Shown here one piece after another: positions 10,113 to 21,009 of a stretch of 64,000 nucleotides of DNA (its first letter is position 1; the number at the start of each line of letters is the position of its first letter). A program made the position numbers and the translations under genes. The notes beneath the pieces are model-generated. The model made no database searches. It saw only the letters and a program-made list of their open reading frames with translations, and was not told the DNA's origin. This stretch comes from an uncultured Hormoscilla sp. (GTDB lineage: Bacteria > Cyanobacteriota > Cyanobacteriia > Cyanobacteriales > Desertifilaceae), in the NCBI GenBank assembly GCA_963921275.4, contig OZ001293.3, positions 4,128,001 to 4,192,000 of the forward strand. Reading direction: 5' to 3'.

Positions 10113-10373
10113 ATGGCTGATGCACTTTCTGTAGTTGTTCGTATGGCTGATGGAACCCGTAAAGCAGCCGTTAACTTGCCTGGTACTCTCATAATTGGAC
10201 AGCTTGTGCAAACCACACAGCAAAAGTGGAATCTTCCCGCTAATTCCAACTATGCTGTGCGTCTTGAGCGTACAGGTCAACAGTTAGACGCTTCTGCAAC
10301 TCTTAATTCAGTAGGAGTTCAGCCAGACGATGTGCTCTTAATTTTCCCAGTTTTAGAGGCCGGTCAAAAATGA
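10113..10373 (+). CDS. Ubiquitin-like (EsaB/YukD-type beta-grasp) protein, 86 aa
   Basis: GGAGGAG RBS; LDASATLNSVGVQPDDVLLI Ubl signature; C-terminus LEAGQK. Confidence 0.8.
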   Translation: MADALSVVVRMADGTRKAAVNLPGTLIIGQLVQTTQQKWNLPANSNYAVRLERTGQQLDASATLNSVGVQPDDVLLIFPVLEAGQK

Positions 10374-10888
10374 GTGTACGAGAAAAAAGACTCCAAAATG
10401 ACTTTCAAAATTTATCGGCACTGGTTGATAACTCTGGTGGTACGCTAGCGATTATTTCAACGAGTGGCAATCCGCCGTATCAATATGTTATCGAATATCG
10501 ATGTCGAGGCATAGAGCAGTTGCGAAGATATGAGCCAGATGAGCCAGTGTTCCGCAATACTCATCGGGTATAAATTACTCTAGGCAGCAATTATCCAAGA
10601 GAACAACTGGCTGCTAAGTTTCTTACTCCCATCTTCCATCCCAATGTCTATAGCAGTTTAATAATTTGTCTTGGCAATGATTGGACAATTTCAGAAACCT
10701 TAACTGAATTAGTTATCAGAATTGGCAAAATAATTCAATATGCAGATGACATAACCAATTTGAAAAGTCCAGCTAATGGGGAAGCTAAAAGCTGGGCAGA
10801 AAGGAATAAGCTGCGTCTTCCAGTAGATACTCAGACATTCAAATCCCAAATTTTTTCTTGGGATGAACAACCGGTCAACATTAGTTGA
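10370..10888 (+). pseudogene. E2/UBC ubiquitin-conjugating enzyme with in-frame TAA at 10571-10573
   Basis: REKRLQNDF start; after the stop the same frame reads ITLGSNYP...FLTPIFHPNVYSSLIICLG..W...NLKSPANGEAKSW to TGA 10886-10888. Confidence 0.88.
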
Positions 10889-10958
10889 CAAGATTTATAG
10901 GGTGATAGTCATGAACCAATTTATCCAATTTATTTCCAATATTATTAGGAGGATACGC

Positions 10959-11483
10959 ATGTCACAAGGACCGGAGTTACCATTTACTCGACGAAATAAC
11001 CCTGAAAGAAGAAGAATTCCAGATTCAGAACAGCAAGATCAAATTGTCTGGGAAGACAGTGCTCAAATTGTTTGGGAAGACAGTGAGGATGTTTATAGGC
11101 CGATTCCCAAAAGACATAGTAATTTTCAAGCTGAACGCGGCGTCGCAGCACCACGAGTGTATATCAAAGCGAATGCTCTTCATGAACTAAAAGATCATCT
11201 AGCATCTAATACACGAGTTGAACAAAGTGGTATTCTTTTTGGGAATGCCTACCAAGACCAGCAGCATGGAGTCTACGTTGAGATTACAGCAGCCGTAGCC
11301 GCCCCAGCAACAATTGGAACAAGCGCACACCTAGACTTCACGCCTGATTCCTGGCAGGGAATTATGGATTATGCGAAGTCTAAGCATTCCGGAGAAAACA
11401 TTGTAGGCTGGTATCACTCTCATCCGAATATTGGCGTGTTCATGTCAGGAACGGACTTTTTTCTCTATGACAACGCTAAATAA
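10959..11483 (+). pseudogene. JAB/MPN+ metalloprotease (deubiquitinase-like), apparently 3'-truncated
   Basis: EQSGILFG and VGWYHSHP...MSGTD JAMM motif; ORF ends 8 codons after the Asp; AGGAGG before ATG 10959 (alternative ATG 10911). Confidence 0.75.
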
Positions 11484-12099
11484 ATTGGTATTAAGGATAA
11501 CCATAAATTGTCGAGATATGAATGGGAAAATATTATTTTATTCCGCTGCGATCGCGTATAAAGAATAGCTAAAATGACAATGTTTTTAGTCGGTTTTCAA
11601 CCGACTTTAGCTATTAGCCGGGGGTTTGAACCCCGGCGGGCTATCGGAACAGATACAAGATATATTTGAGAACAGATTTTGGGATTAGACGTGAGCGAGG
11701 TTCGGCGATCGCCCCAAATACTTCCCCCGAAAACAGAGATGCGATCTGGTACTTTTGTTTAATATAATTTAGGCTGCGTAGGCGGACTTGGTTTGTATAG
11801 CCCTACCCTTTAGGGTTAGGGCGGGGTAGCGGGCGCAAAAGTGAGGTTCACCCGAGGCGATTGCCTCTTGCTGGGATAGGGTGCAATATGCTAAACTACA
11901 CAACAGACTTGCCTTGCATGGGTCTTAGGGGCACGCCAGCAACACCTGACCGCAGTAGAGAGAGTTTGGGTCCTCTTCCACCAGACTACTCTTAGCATAC
12001 AAGGGGCACGGCATCAATAAATTATCGGGTGATTGAATTAATTAACTCACGCCATGCCCCGGACGGCACCGCATATTATTGCCGATAACAATATAATTG

Positions 12100-12180
12100 G
12101 CGATCGCCCTAAATCCTTCCCCGAAAACTCCAGATGCGATCGCCCCAAATTCTTCCCCGAAAACCGAGATGCGATCGCCC
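12100..12180. repeat. About 35-bp tandem repeats bounded by HIP1
   Basis: GCGATCGCCC(C/T)AAAT..TTCCCCGAAAAC...AGAT twice; related copy at 11705-11746. Confidence 0.7.
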
Positions 12181-12279
12181 GTAAAGAGGAAAGTATCGGG
12201 GTTGTTACCATTGGTCATATTAATTAAAAAACGACGAGCAGTTTCGTAATCCATCTCCAGTAATATCTGGCGCAACACT

Positions 12280-12947
12280 CAGGGTATACTGCTGGTGGAG
12301 TGGGTATGGCAGCAGCCTTTAGCTTCTATCCCAGCAAAAATTTGGGAGCTTGTGGGGATGGTGGTATGGTTTTGACCAACAATGCCGAAGTGGCCCAAAA
12401 TGTGCGATCGCTCTGCAACTACGGAGCCCCGCACAAATATTATCATACCGAGTTCGGTATCAACAGTCGGCTGGATAACTTACAAGCAGCCATACTCAAT
12501 GTTAAACTTCCCTATCTGGAGCCGTGGAACCAATCTCGTCGGGAAGCAGCAACCATTTACGACGCCCAACTAGAACCATTGCAGGATCTAGGAATTCTTC
12601 CCATTCAGAACCACAGCAATACGGGGCACATTTATCATTTATACGTAATCCGCCTGCTGTCCACTTGCTCCATAGACCGGGATATCCTAGCTGAGAAACT
12701 GAACGCCCAAGGCATTCAAACTGGCATCCATTATCCCATTCCCTGTCATCTACAACCAGCTTATAAATATTTAGGCTATCGTGCTAGTGACTTTCCCCAG
12801 GCCGAAACTCTCTGCCAGCAGATTCTCTCCTTACCCATGTATCCCGGTCTGACTACCGATCGGATCGGGGGCATAGTCGCTACCATTAAATCAGCGATCG
12901 ACGCCTCCGGGGTTTTTGCGTCAGCGCAGCGGCTGCGCAGCCGCTAG
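12280..12947 (+). pseudogene. DegT/DnrJ/EryC1/StrS aminotransferase, C-terminal half only
   Basis: FSFYPSKNLGACGDGG PLP-lysine motif, NSRLDNLQAA, LSLPMYP; N-terminal half missing; 3' end carries a palindromic insertion. Confidence 0.85.
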
Positions 12948-13056
12948 CATCCCGGAGGCGTCGAAGGTGTGTCATAGGACTGCGCGTTTGTCTGTCCGAG
13001 GTAACCAATAACTGATAACTAACAACTGACATGGTGGGCAATGCCCACCTACCAAA

Positions 13057-13550
13057 TAGACATCTCCAAAATAGAAATTTATGCTATAATAAGATTTGAA
13101 AATTTAATTTTGTGACGAGTATTACCTGGACATATTTGCAAGCCAAGCCTAAAGAAGCAAAACGGCTCATCGGTATCAGCTATGAAAACTTAATACAACT
13201 TATTGCAATTGCTAAAAAGTTGGATAAAAATCATAAAGAAAAGGTGGAAGAACACAAAACTAGATTGATAAGTCGGAGGGGTGAAAGCTAAATTATTAGT
13301 AGAAGAGCAAATAATTTTAACTTTGATGTATCTGCGTCAAGGATTAACATTCCCAGTATTAGCTATACTTTTGTCAGTGAAAGCTAATGATATTTTTAAT
13401 TATTGGCAAGATATTTTCCGCTTTGCCGTTTACTTGAACAAAAAAATGGAGAAGATGAAGAATATTTATCTAAACTTTTAACAGAATATGAGTTGATAGT
13501 CGATAGCGCAGAGCAAGCCATACCAAGACCTAAAGACTATGAAGAGCAGT
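13057..13550 (+). mobile_element. IS5-family (ISL2-like, HTH_Tnp_4) transposase remnant
   Basis: AT-rich; starts TAGACATCTCC; KRLIGI and EEQIILTLMYLRQGLTFPVL; frameshifted and truncated. Confidence 0.65.
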
Positions 13551-14254
13551 AGGTGACCCGTCCAAGTCACGATTACCGGGGAAGTCGTCAGACAGGGATT
13601 CTATCCCCTAGCTCAGCCTTCCCTCTCTACCGCTTTGCTGATCTCCGGTGGCACGAACCAGCAAGCAGACCTGCGAAGGGTACTGGTACGTCGGACTTTA
13701 ATCGATGGTTCTGCGATCGAGAAAGAGATTGACCTGTTTAGCGCTCTGAAAAACTCCGAGCCAATACCCGATTTACGCTTAGAAAATGGAGATGTGGTGA
13801 TCTTGCCTCAACTGCCACCGGACGATCGCGATTATGACCGGGCATTGATCGCTACTACTAACCTGGCTGAACCACAGATCAGGCTCAAGCTTTTGAGATC
13901 CCCTGGTGGGATTGGTAATCTCACATTGCCAAACGACAGTACCTTTGTCGATGCGCTGCGATCGGGGCAAATCCTGACATATCCGACATCCGAAACATTG
14001 CTTTGATCCGGTTTGAGCCAAAAGAGGGCAGAACGGTTACCTATATCTTAGATGGTAAAAGTGCTCTGCTGGGTGACACCGATCAAGACCTGCTTTTGCG
14101 CAATCACGATGTCATTGCCGTAGGTCGAACCCTGATCTCTAGGATTAGTTTTGCCCTGATGACTATAACCCAACCATTCCGAGATATTTTGGGATTTCTG
14201 TTGTTCTTCAATCAATTTGATAATGTCTTCAACGAAGATCGCAGAAGAAACTGA
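13551..14254 (+). pseudogene. Polysaccharide export protein (Wza/SLBB) C-terminal fragment
   Basis: VTITGEV, ADLRRVLVRR, DLRLENGDVV, LRNHDVIAVGR...TQPFRDILGFLLFF; frameshifted. Confidence 0.8.
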
Positions 14255-14303
14255 TCGGTATTAAAATAATTTAACATCAAAAATTACCAAGGAAAATGCT
14301 ACC

Positions 14304-15450
14304 ATGACTTCACCCATTGTTAAGCGCTATCTGATTGCCTTAAATAAATACTGGTTTTTGATACCAGTGGGAATTTGGGTCGGTGTAGCTGGGGGCTTTG
14401 TTTACGATCTTTTTTTGCAATCGACTACCCAACAAACTGAATACACGATTACAGGAGTGCTGCGGTACACTCGTCCCCCAGTGACATTTTCTGAAATAGG
14501 TAATGTGATTCAAGACCAGGGACAGAAACTGACCCTGGAGGAACTGCTGGTTCCTAAGGTGCTGGAGTCAGTGATAGCATGAGATGGAGTGAAAACCGCG
14601 CCAAAAGATATTGTAAAAGCGATAAATGTCACACCTCCTAAAAAAGATAACTCAAAGCTGATGGTTATCTATAAAACGACTGATGAGTCGGAAGGACTGA
14701 TCGTAACGACAGCATTAATGGAGGAGATGGTAGAACGGAGTCGCGAAATCAATATAACCCTTTGGCGATTGGTGATTGACGAAATTAACAAACGCTTGCC
14801 AGCAGTGCTGGAGGAAATCCGGGCCGCAGAGCAAGATTTGGAACAGTTTATCCGACGAGAGCAAACGGCACTCTTAGCGATCGAAGCTGGGCAATTACCA
14901 GGCTCAATTGTCAGCAGTCAACAACAGCAACGACAGATTCAACTCCAGCTAGAGGGGATTGAGGCCCAAATGCAAAGCCTGTCCGAGCAACTGGGGTTGA
15001 CACCGGAAGAAGCCTACGCTTCAGCAGCCCTCAGTGCCGACCCGATTATTGCCGATCTGCGGGCCCGATTCTATCAAACTGAAACTCAAATGCAGCTAAT
15101 GAGTCAAGATTTGCGACCCGATCATCCATAATGATGCAGTTGCAGCGGGAACTCGAATCCTCTGAGCAATTGCTAGAGCAGCGAGCAGATGAGGTGATAG
15201 GCGGCAATGGCCAAGGGACACCACTTGTCAGTGAGACGATTCGCCAAGACAGCAACCTGGATCCAGCACGGCAACAGCTGGCTCAGACTCTAGTAAGTTT
15301 ACAAACACAGCGGGAGTAACTGCAACGGCAATTGCAGGTGGCGAGTGACCGAGAGCAGGAACTAAGACAACGGTATGAAACTCTGCCCAACAAGCGACTG
15401 GAAGAAGCGCGGTTGCAGCAACAGCTGGAGTTGAAAAAGAGTTTTTACAT
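14304..15450 (+). pseudogene. GumC/Wzc-like polysaccharide chain-length/export protein
   Basis: MTSPIVKRYLIAL, ALSADPII, DLRPDHP; stops at 14580 and 15317, frameshift near 15129, truncated. Confidence 0.8.
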
Positions 15451-15678
15451 GGCTGAGTCCATCAATCTCCTCGCCTCTACGTGTGAATTCCGATTTTTGG
15501 GAGCCATCATTAACGGAGAGTATATGCCTCTGCACTCACTATCACCCATCGAGTCTCCAGCTTGATCGTTGTTCATTGAAAATTGAAAATTGGCGTTCCC
15601 AGGCGGGAGCCAGGGAACGAGGAAAATTGCCAATTGTGAATTTGTGATTATTTATTCATGTCCATTTTCCATTTGCCA

Positions 15679-17236
15679 TTATTCATCATAGTCAAATGGA
15701 TGGGGTCGAGCCGGGAATCGCTTCCCGACCCTCCCTTGAGGAACCGGACTTGCGATTTTCACCGCATCCGGCTACTGGGTACTAGGCCCTTTTCATAGGT
15801 AGACTTAATAGGAATTACTTCCGTTAGCCCTTGCCGCCTGTCTTTTCTTCCCTTTCCTGGTTTAGCGAGTGGTTGTTCTGATAACCGTTAGTATCACCAT
15901 TTTCAAGTCAGTTTTACCAGTTATCCATACCTTATCCTCCACTTGCGTTTCGGATTAGTTCCGTGGCTTTTTAGGATTACTCATTCCAGCAGCTTCCTAG
16001 TATCACCGACCCACGTCAGCGCTGGCTACCCAGCATCATCTACATTACTGTAGATGTTATCCCAGGAATTACCCCGGGCATTCGCTTCTTGGGCCATCCC
16101 TCCCCCCGTGGCTTGCGCTTAACATCTAACTTGTCCTGATGGACAGCACACGAGAGGTTACTTCGTTCCCTAACAACATTTCGCGATACCTTTAGGTCCA
16201 CACTATACCCCGGGAGCTATTTGAGTACTATATTAGCCAGAGTCTAAAACTAATACTAGCTACCATTTCCTTTTTAGGCCAGCGCATATAGCCTTATTTC
16301 GCTGGTTCCTTATAACGAGGCTTGCACATGTTTGCCTGCTCTAACCTTGGATATCTTTCCTAGCGGCGTCACCGGCTTAGGCTGCCAGTTATCCTACATT
16401 TGAGTCCTCGCTTAGCACCACGATGATGTCGCTTCGTAGCACCGAGGACCGGTGTCACCCCCGTACCTGGGGGGAGGGGAATTTAACCCCCATGCGGTCA
16501 GAGTTCCTGGCTAATGAAACCGGGCTAGCGTTCCGTGTTTGACCACGTTAGGCTAGAACGAATCGCACAGACCCATCAAGGGTGCTAAAAGCGCCCCAAA
16601 CACAAATCCACCAGCATGGGCCCAGTATGCAATTCCGCCCATATTAGCGGGTGCATTCAGACTGGCAAAGCTAGAAATCGCTTGGGTGACAAACCAAATA
16701 CCCAGAAAAACCATCGCTGGGATGCGAATGGTAGTGATAAAATACCCCAGGAAAACCAATGTGAGAACTTTAGCCCGGGGAAACCTGATAATGTAGGCTC
16801 CCATTACACCTGCGATCGCCCCTGACGCGCCCAAGGAAGGGATATCAGAAGACTGGGAAAAGAACCACTGGGTCAATGCCGCCAACATCCCGCAGATCAG
16901 ATAGAAGATGATAAATTTGACATGACCCAGTTTATCTTCCACATTGTTGCCAAAAATCCAGAGAAACAACATATTCCCTAACAGGTGCATCCAACTCCCG
17001 TGCAGGAATTGGGAGGTAAACAGAGTCAGCCACTCTGGCACCGGTTGGTTTACTGCCACGCCAGTAAAGCTAGCAGATAGCTCCCTGGGAACCACTGCAA
17101 ACAGGTGGTAGAATTCTCCTAGTTCTTGGGGTGCCAAACTAACTTGATACAGAAAAATCAGGATATTCGTAGCAATCAGCCCATAGGTAAAATAGGGGGT
17201 TGATTGGGTGGGATTTTCGTCATGTAAGGGAAACAT
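15679..17236 (-). CDS. Rhomboid family intramembrane serine protease; exon 1 17236-16569, exon 2 15697-15679
   Basis: HLLGNM, GASG and AHAGG motifs; removing the intron gives ...LMGLFDYDE*. Confidence 0.85.
15698..16568 (-). ncRNA. ORF-less group II intron (871 nt) in the rhomboid gene
   Basis: 5' GTGCG; domain V AGCCGGATGCGGTGAAAATCGCAAGTCCGGTT; domain VI hairpin; EBS1 AGACTC pairs with IBS1 GGGTCT; no RT ORF. Confidence 0.9.
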
Positions 17237-17641
17237 TGTAAATTGTAAATTGTAAATTTTTGATTATTTCTTTGCAATACTCCGGACACTTTGGGGAACT
17301 CTTAACTCTTAACTCTTAACGGGAAACACTCCTTCGTAGTCCTTTTGCTGCAACCCTTTAGGGTTGCGGCAATGGGACATTAATTTTTTCGGAAGTCAGC
17401 CCCCCCGGCTAACAAACCCAAAAATTGCTCTGTATAGCATTGGCTTACCCTGCAAGGCTTACAGCGGAGTTGTCAAAATTGTCCGGACTATTGTCTTTGA
17501 CAATTCGCCATTTTCCATTATTATACTTCTGGTTAGGGCCAGATAATTGCGGCGGTGACACAGTTGGTTGACATTGGTTGCCAATCAAGCTATGGCACCG
17601 CCGCTGCGAGGGTCTAGCTGACCGAAATTGGCTAGTGCATC

Positions 17642-18130
17642 TTAGCGAGCACTTTTACCCCCTGCCCACCGGGACTCTATCTGCGGTTGGGTGAGCAGAT
17701 AACCGGCAATATCTACCAGATCGTCTTCTGTCAAGTTTCTCATCTTAGGAAAAATATCGGCACTGTTGATGCCAGGGTGCTCCTCGGAAATGTCCTCTTC
17801 TCCGTCGAAACTCATGGGGGCCTTCAGAAAATCCACTATCCCTTGAATGTTGTCGCGCGGTGGCGTTGCCAGAGATAGAGTTTCCAGGTCCAGTCCGATA
17901 TTGGGATTAGTTTTAGTCATTCCCTGGCCGTGACAGCTTGAACAGGCATAGTTAAACTGCTTTTTCCCGTTGTCAAGCTGCTTCTCGGTCAAGACGATCG
18001 TCTCACCATCTTCATTCTGTGGCACAGTACGGGTGGCTTCGTCTAGTTCGAGGGCAGTGACACTGCTGACAAACATGACAAAGGTCAATAATACAATGGC
18101 TACAGCTAGCCAGGTGTATTTTTTTAGCAT
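17642..18130 (-). CDS. psbV: Photosystem II cytochrome c550
   Basis: Signal peptide, LELDEATRTV, CSSCH heme motif, ADIFPKMRNL. Confidence 0.95.
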   Translation of the reverse strand: MLKKYTWLAVAIVLLTFVMFVSSVTALELDEATRTVPQNEDGETIVLTEKQLDNGKKQFNYACSSCHGQGMTKTNPNIGLDLETLSLATPPRDNIQGIVDFLKAPMSFDGEEDISEEHPGINSADIFPKMRNLTEDDLVDIAGYLLTQPQIESRWAGGKSAR

Positions 18131-18606
18131 GGTTCTCCCTAAAAATTTTTGTTCTTTTATGGCTTGGGCAACCCCAGATGCAGCATCAGGACACACCGAT
18201 AACCTTATCCCGGACTGAACAATACCAGTTGTCTGGCGGTCTAGCCCGGGCGGAGCCAGTAGATGACTGGCTCTATGGCTAGTAATCTGAAGCTATGTTG
18301 TCAGCTTCTTTGTCGGCTAGCGGGCGGCATGGTTTGTACCCTAAAGCTAGATCTAGAGTTGCACCTCATATGAACATCATGCCATTGCGGTGCTCTTTTC
18401 CCAAGCCTCTTCCCTGCCAGGCAAGGTGAGTATGTCTCTTGGATGTCTCAGGAGTAGTGCGACTATGATGTCCCCGGGTTTCGCCGTGCGCCTGGGGGAC
18501 ATCAAGCTCTGGTGGAGACATCGAACGCTTCCAAGATTTAGGGGTGGCGATCGCCATTCGGGCCCGTGAATTATCCAGTTGGCTTATTCCTCTGGTCGGC
18601 AGCTAG

Positions 18607-19563
18607 CTAGTTGATTATGGTCATACTGTTGATTAATTGAGAGTTGGTTAATGCCGTAGCATGGTGATTTCTTGGCAATGATTGTCCATCCTTTGCTAGC
18701 ATGGGCCCAGATTGATGGAGGCCGATCAGCTGGGCGAGGGTTTTTTTGAGCTGGGTGCGAGGGACGATGATATCGACAAAGCCATGCTCCAGGAGATACT
18801 CCGAGGTTTGAAAACCCTCTGGGAGCTTTTCTCGGAGGGTTTGTTCGATCACCCGGCGACCTGCGAAGCCAATGGTAGCTTTCGGTTCGGCGATAATAAT
18901 GTCTCCCAACATGGCAAAGCTGGCTGTTACGCCGCCGGTGGTGGGGTGAGTCAGCACGGGGATGTAGAACAGTTTAGCTTCTCGATGTTTTTCTAAGGCT
19001 CCTGCGATTTTTGCCATTTGGATCAGACTCAGCATCCCTTCTTGCATCCTGGCACCGCCGGAAGCACAGACAATAATGATTGGCAGACTCTCTAGGGTGG
19101 CCCGTTCGATCAGGCGGGTGAGTTTTTCCCCGACTACCGACCCCATACTACCACCCATAAACCGAAAGTCCATAACGCCGAGGGCGACTTTAAAGCTTTC
19201 TAGTTGACCCAAACCTGTCTGTACGGCGTCTGGAAGGTGGGTTTTTTCTTGGTATTCCCGCAGGCGAGCGCTATATTTTTTGCGATCGCGAAACTTCAGC
19301 GGGTCATCGGGATGCAGATGCCGATCTAGGGGTTGCCAAGTCTGGGCATCTATCAGCTGGCGGATGCGCTCATCGCTATCGACTGATATATGATGACCAC
19401 AGTCAGGACAGATCATTTGGGAAGCTTGCAGGTCTTTTGTATAGGCGATCGCCTCACAGGAGGGACACTTGGTCCACAGTCCATCAGCTACCTCACGTTC
19501 TTGTCGCTCTCGACTAATTGGCTCTGATTTTTGTTGATTTGCAAACCAATCAAATATAGACAT
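18607..19563 (-). CDS. accD: Acetyl-CoA carboxylase carboxyltransferase beta subunit
   Basis: GLWTKCPSC Zn finger, [20 protein letters not shown]. Confidence 0.97.
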   Translation of the reverse strand: MSIFDWFANQQKSEPISRERQEREVADGLWTKCPSCEAIAYTKDLQASQMICPDCGHHISVDSDERIRQLIDAQTWQPLDRHLHPDDPLKFRDRKKYSARLREYQEKTHLPDAVQTGLGQLESFKVALGVMDFRFMGGSMGSVVGEKLTRLIERATLESLPIIIVCASGGARMQEGMLSLIQMAKIAGALEKHREAKLFYIPVLTHPTTGGVTASFAMLGDIIIAEPKATIGFAGRRVIEQTLREKLPEGFQTSEYLLEHGFVDIIVPRTQLKKTLAQLIGLHQSGPMLAKDGQSLPRNHHATALTNSQLINSMTIIN

Positions 19564-19636
19564 GAAAACGGCTATTTCCCTTCTATTAGAGATTTTATAA
19601 GTAGAGGAACCACCATCCGACTCAAACACTATCCTA

Positions 19637-20425
19637 TCAGGTGACTGGGAAGAATAACCGTAAGTATGTCGATAAAATAGCTTCTCCCCAGAGGGCTGTT
19701 ACTGCTGCACCGAGGGCCAGAAATGGTCCAAAGGGCATGGCTTGACGCCGCTTGAGCCACCCGAGGGCGATCGCCCCTCCACCGGCAAAAGCCCCGAGGG
19801 CACAGGCGAGAAACCCTGCTAGCAGCAAATATTTCCAGCCTAACCAGGCCCCCATCATGGCCGCTAATTTGGCATCGCCGCCACCCATTGCTGCTTGTCC
19901 CAAGGCGAGAGACCCCAACAAGATAATGGCCTCAAACAACCATAGACCCAGAACTGCCCCAAATATCCCATTCATCAGGGGATAGACATCACCTGCACCA
20001 GTAGCTGCCTGAAACAGCAAGCCCGCCAATAATCCCGACTGGGTGAGAGAATTAGGTAAGGTCATCGTATCCAGGTCGATCAGGGACAATGCCAGCAGCC
20101 AGCTGAAGAATGCCCAATATCCCAGAGTTTGCCCAGATAGGCCAAAGCGCCAGTAAATCAGTAAAAATAGGATGCCAGAGGCAGCTTCTACCAGGGGATA
20201 GCGCCGGGAAATAGGGAAGAGGCAGTTGCTACAGCGCCCCCTTAACCATAGCCAGCCGAAAATTGGCACATTCTCAGAGGGCTTTAGCTGGTAGGAGCAT
20301 TTGGGACAGCGACTTGGAGGCCATAGTATCGATAACCCTGCTGGTATCCGATAAATTACCACATTTAAAAAACTGCCGATCGCCGATCCGAGGATAAAGA
20401 CAATTATAGCAGCAAATATTTCCAT
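19637..20425 (-). CDS. pilD: Prepilin peptidase / N-methyltransferase
   Basis: [14 protein letters not shown]...CSNC, GGGDAKL, PFGPFL. Confidence 0.95.
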   Translation of the reverse strand: MEIFAAIIVFILGSAIGSFLNVVIYRIPAGLSILWPPSRCPKCSYQLKPSENVPIFGWLWLRGRCSNCLFPISRRYPLVEAASGILFLLIYWRFGLSGQTLGYWAFFSWLLALSLIDLDTMTLPNSLTQSGLLAGLLFQAATGAGDVYPLMNGIFGAVLGLWLFEAIILLGSLALGQAAMGGGDAKLAAMMGAWLGWKYLLLAGFLACALGAFAGGGAIALGWLKRRQAMPFGPFLALGAAVTALWGEAILSTYLRLFFPVT

Positions 20426-20446
20426 AGGTTAGCGATCTATTACTGC

Positions 20447-20839
20447 TCAGTCATACTGTTGTGATTCCATATAATCAAGGGGCACGAAGCATTCTTGGGG
20501 CAATAATATCGGTGTGCCCTTAAATATTAGTAGGGATCGATAGGTTTCGCGATTAATCACCACACCTAGGGGACGCCGCGTTTGTAAGTGAGGGATTTCC
20601 AGGTAAATATAATAAAGCTGTCGAGCCGCCTGAAGCAAGACTGGATCTCTAAACTTCGAGATCTCCTGCAGTGATCTCACCTGTTCGGCATGGCACCCAG
20701 GAGACATCTTCGGTGCCTTCGGGATGTATGCAGCCGCGGCTGCACTGCGCTGACGCAAAAACCCCTCAGGCACCGAGGCAACATCGATTCTGTCTGGACG
20801 ATTATATGGCGATTGTGCTGAAGTTTGCACCACTTGCAT
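20447..20839 (-). CDS. Conserved cyanobacterial hypothetical protein carrying an in-frame palindromic insertion
   Basis: DPVLLQAARQLY...PLGVVI...PILLPQECFVP; repeat-derived segment about 20700-20797. Confidence 0.6.
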   Translation of the reverse strand: MQVVQTSAQSPYNRPDRIDVASVPEGFLRQRSAAAAAYIPKAPKMSPGCHAEQVRSLQEISKFRDPVLLQAARQLYYIYLEIPHLQTRRPLGVVINRETYRSLLIFKGTPILLPQECFVPLDYMESQQYD

Positions 20840-21009
20840 CTCCCTCTAGTCTCTACCCGACTTTAGCCGATCCGGGAGATTCCGACAAGGATTCTGCTCA
20901 GGGGTGTGGTCATACATTGGTTTAGTGGAGAACAGGGAACGGGGAACTCTTAACGCCGAACAGTTGCCAACTGGTGCGAGGTCACGCCCGTTTCCCCGTG
21001 ACCTCAACC

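Noticed and set aside
8948..10373. E1 and Ubl as MoeB/MoaD or ThiF/ThiS sulfur relay
   Set aside because: Coupled to an HPN/Cys E2 and a JAB, with no cofactor-biosynthesis genes nearby
10571..10573. Programmed stop-codon read-through or alternative genetic code
   Set aside because: Internal stops across the window are of all three types and accompany frameshifts and truncations, while core genes are clean; decay is simpler
17230..17320. Heptamer runs (ATTGTAA, CTCTTAA) as regulatory sites
   Set aside because: Ordinary short tandemly repeated heptamers common in filamentous cyanobacteria
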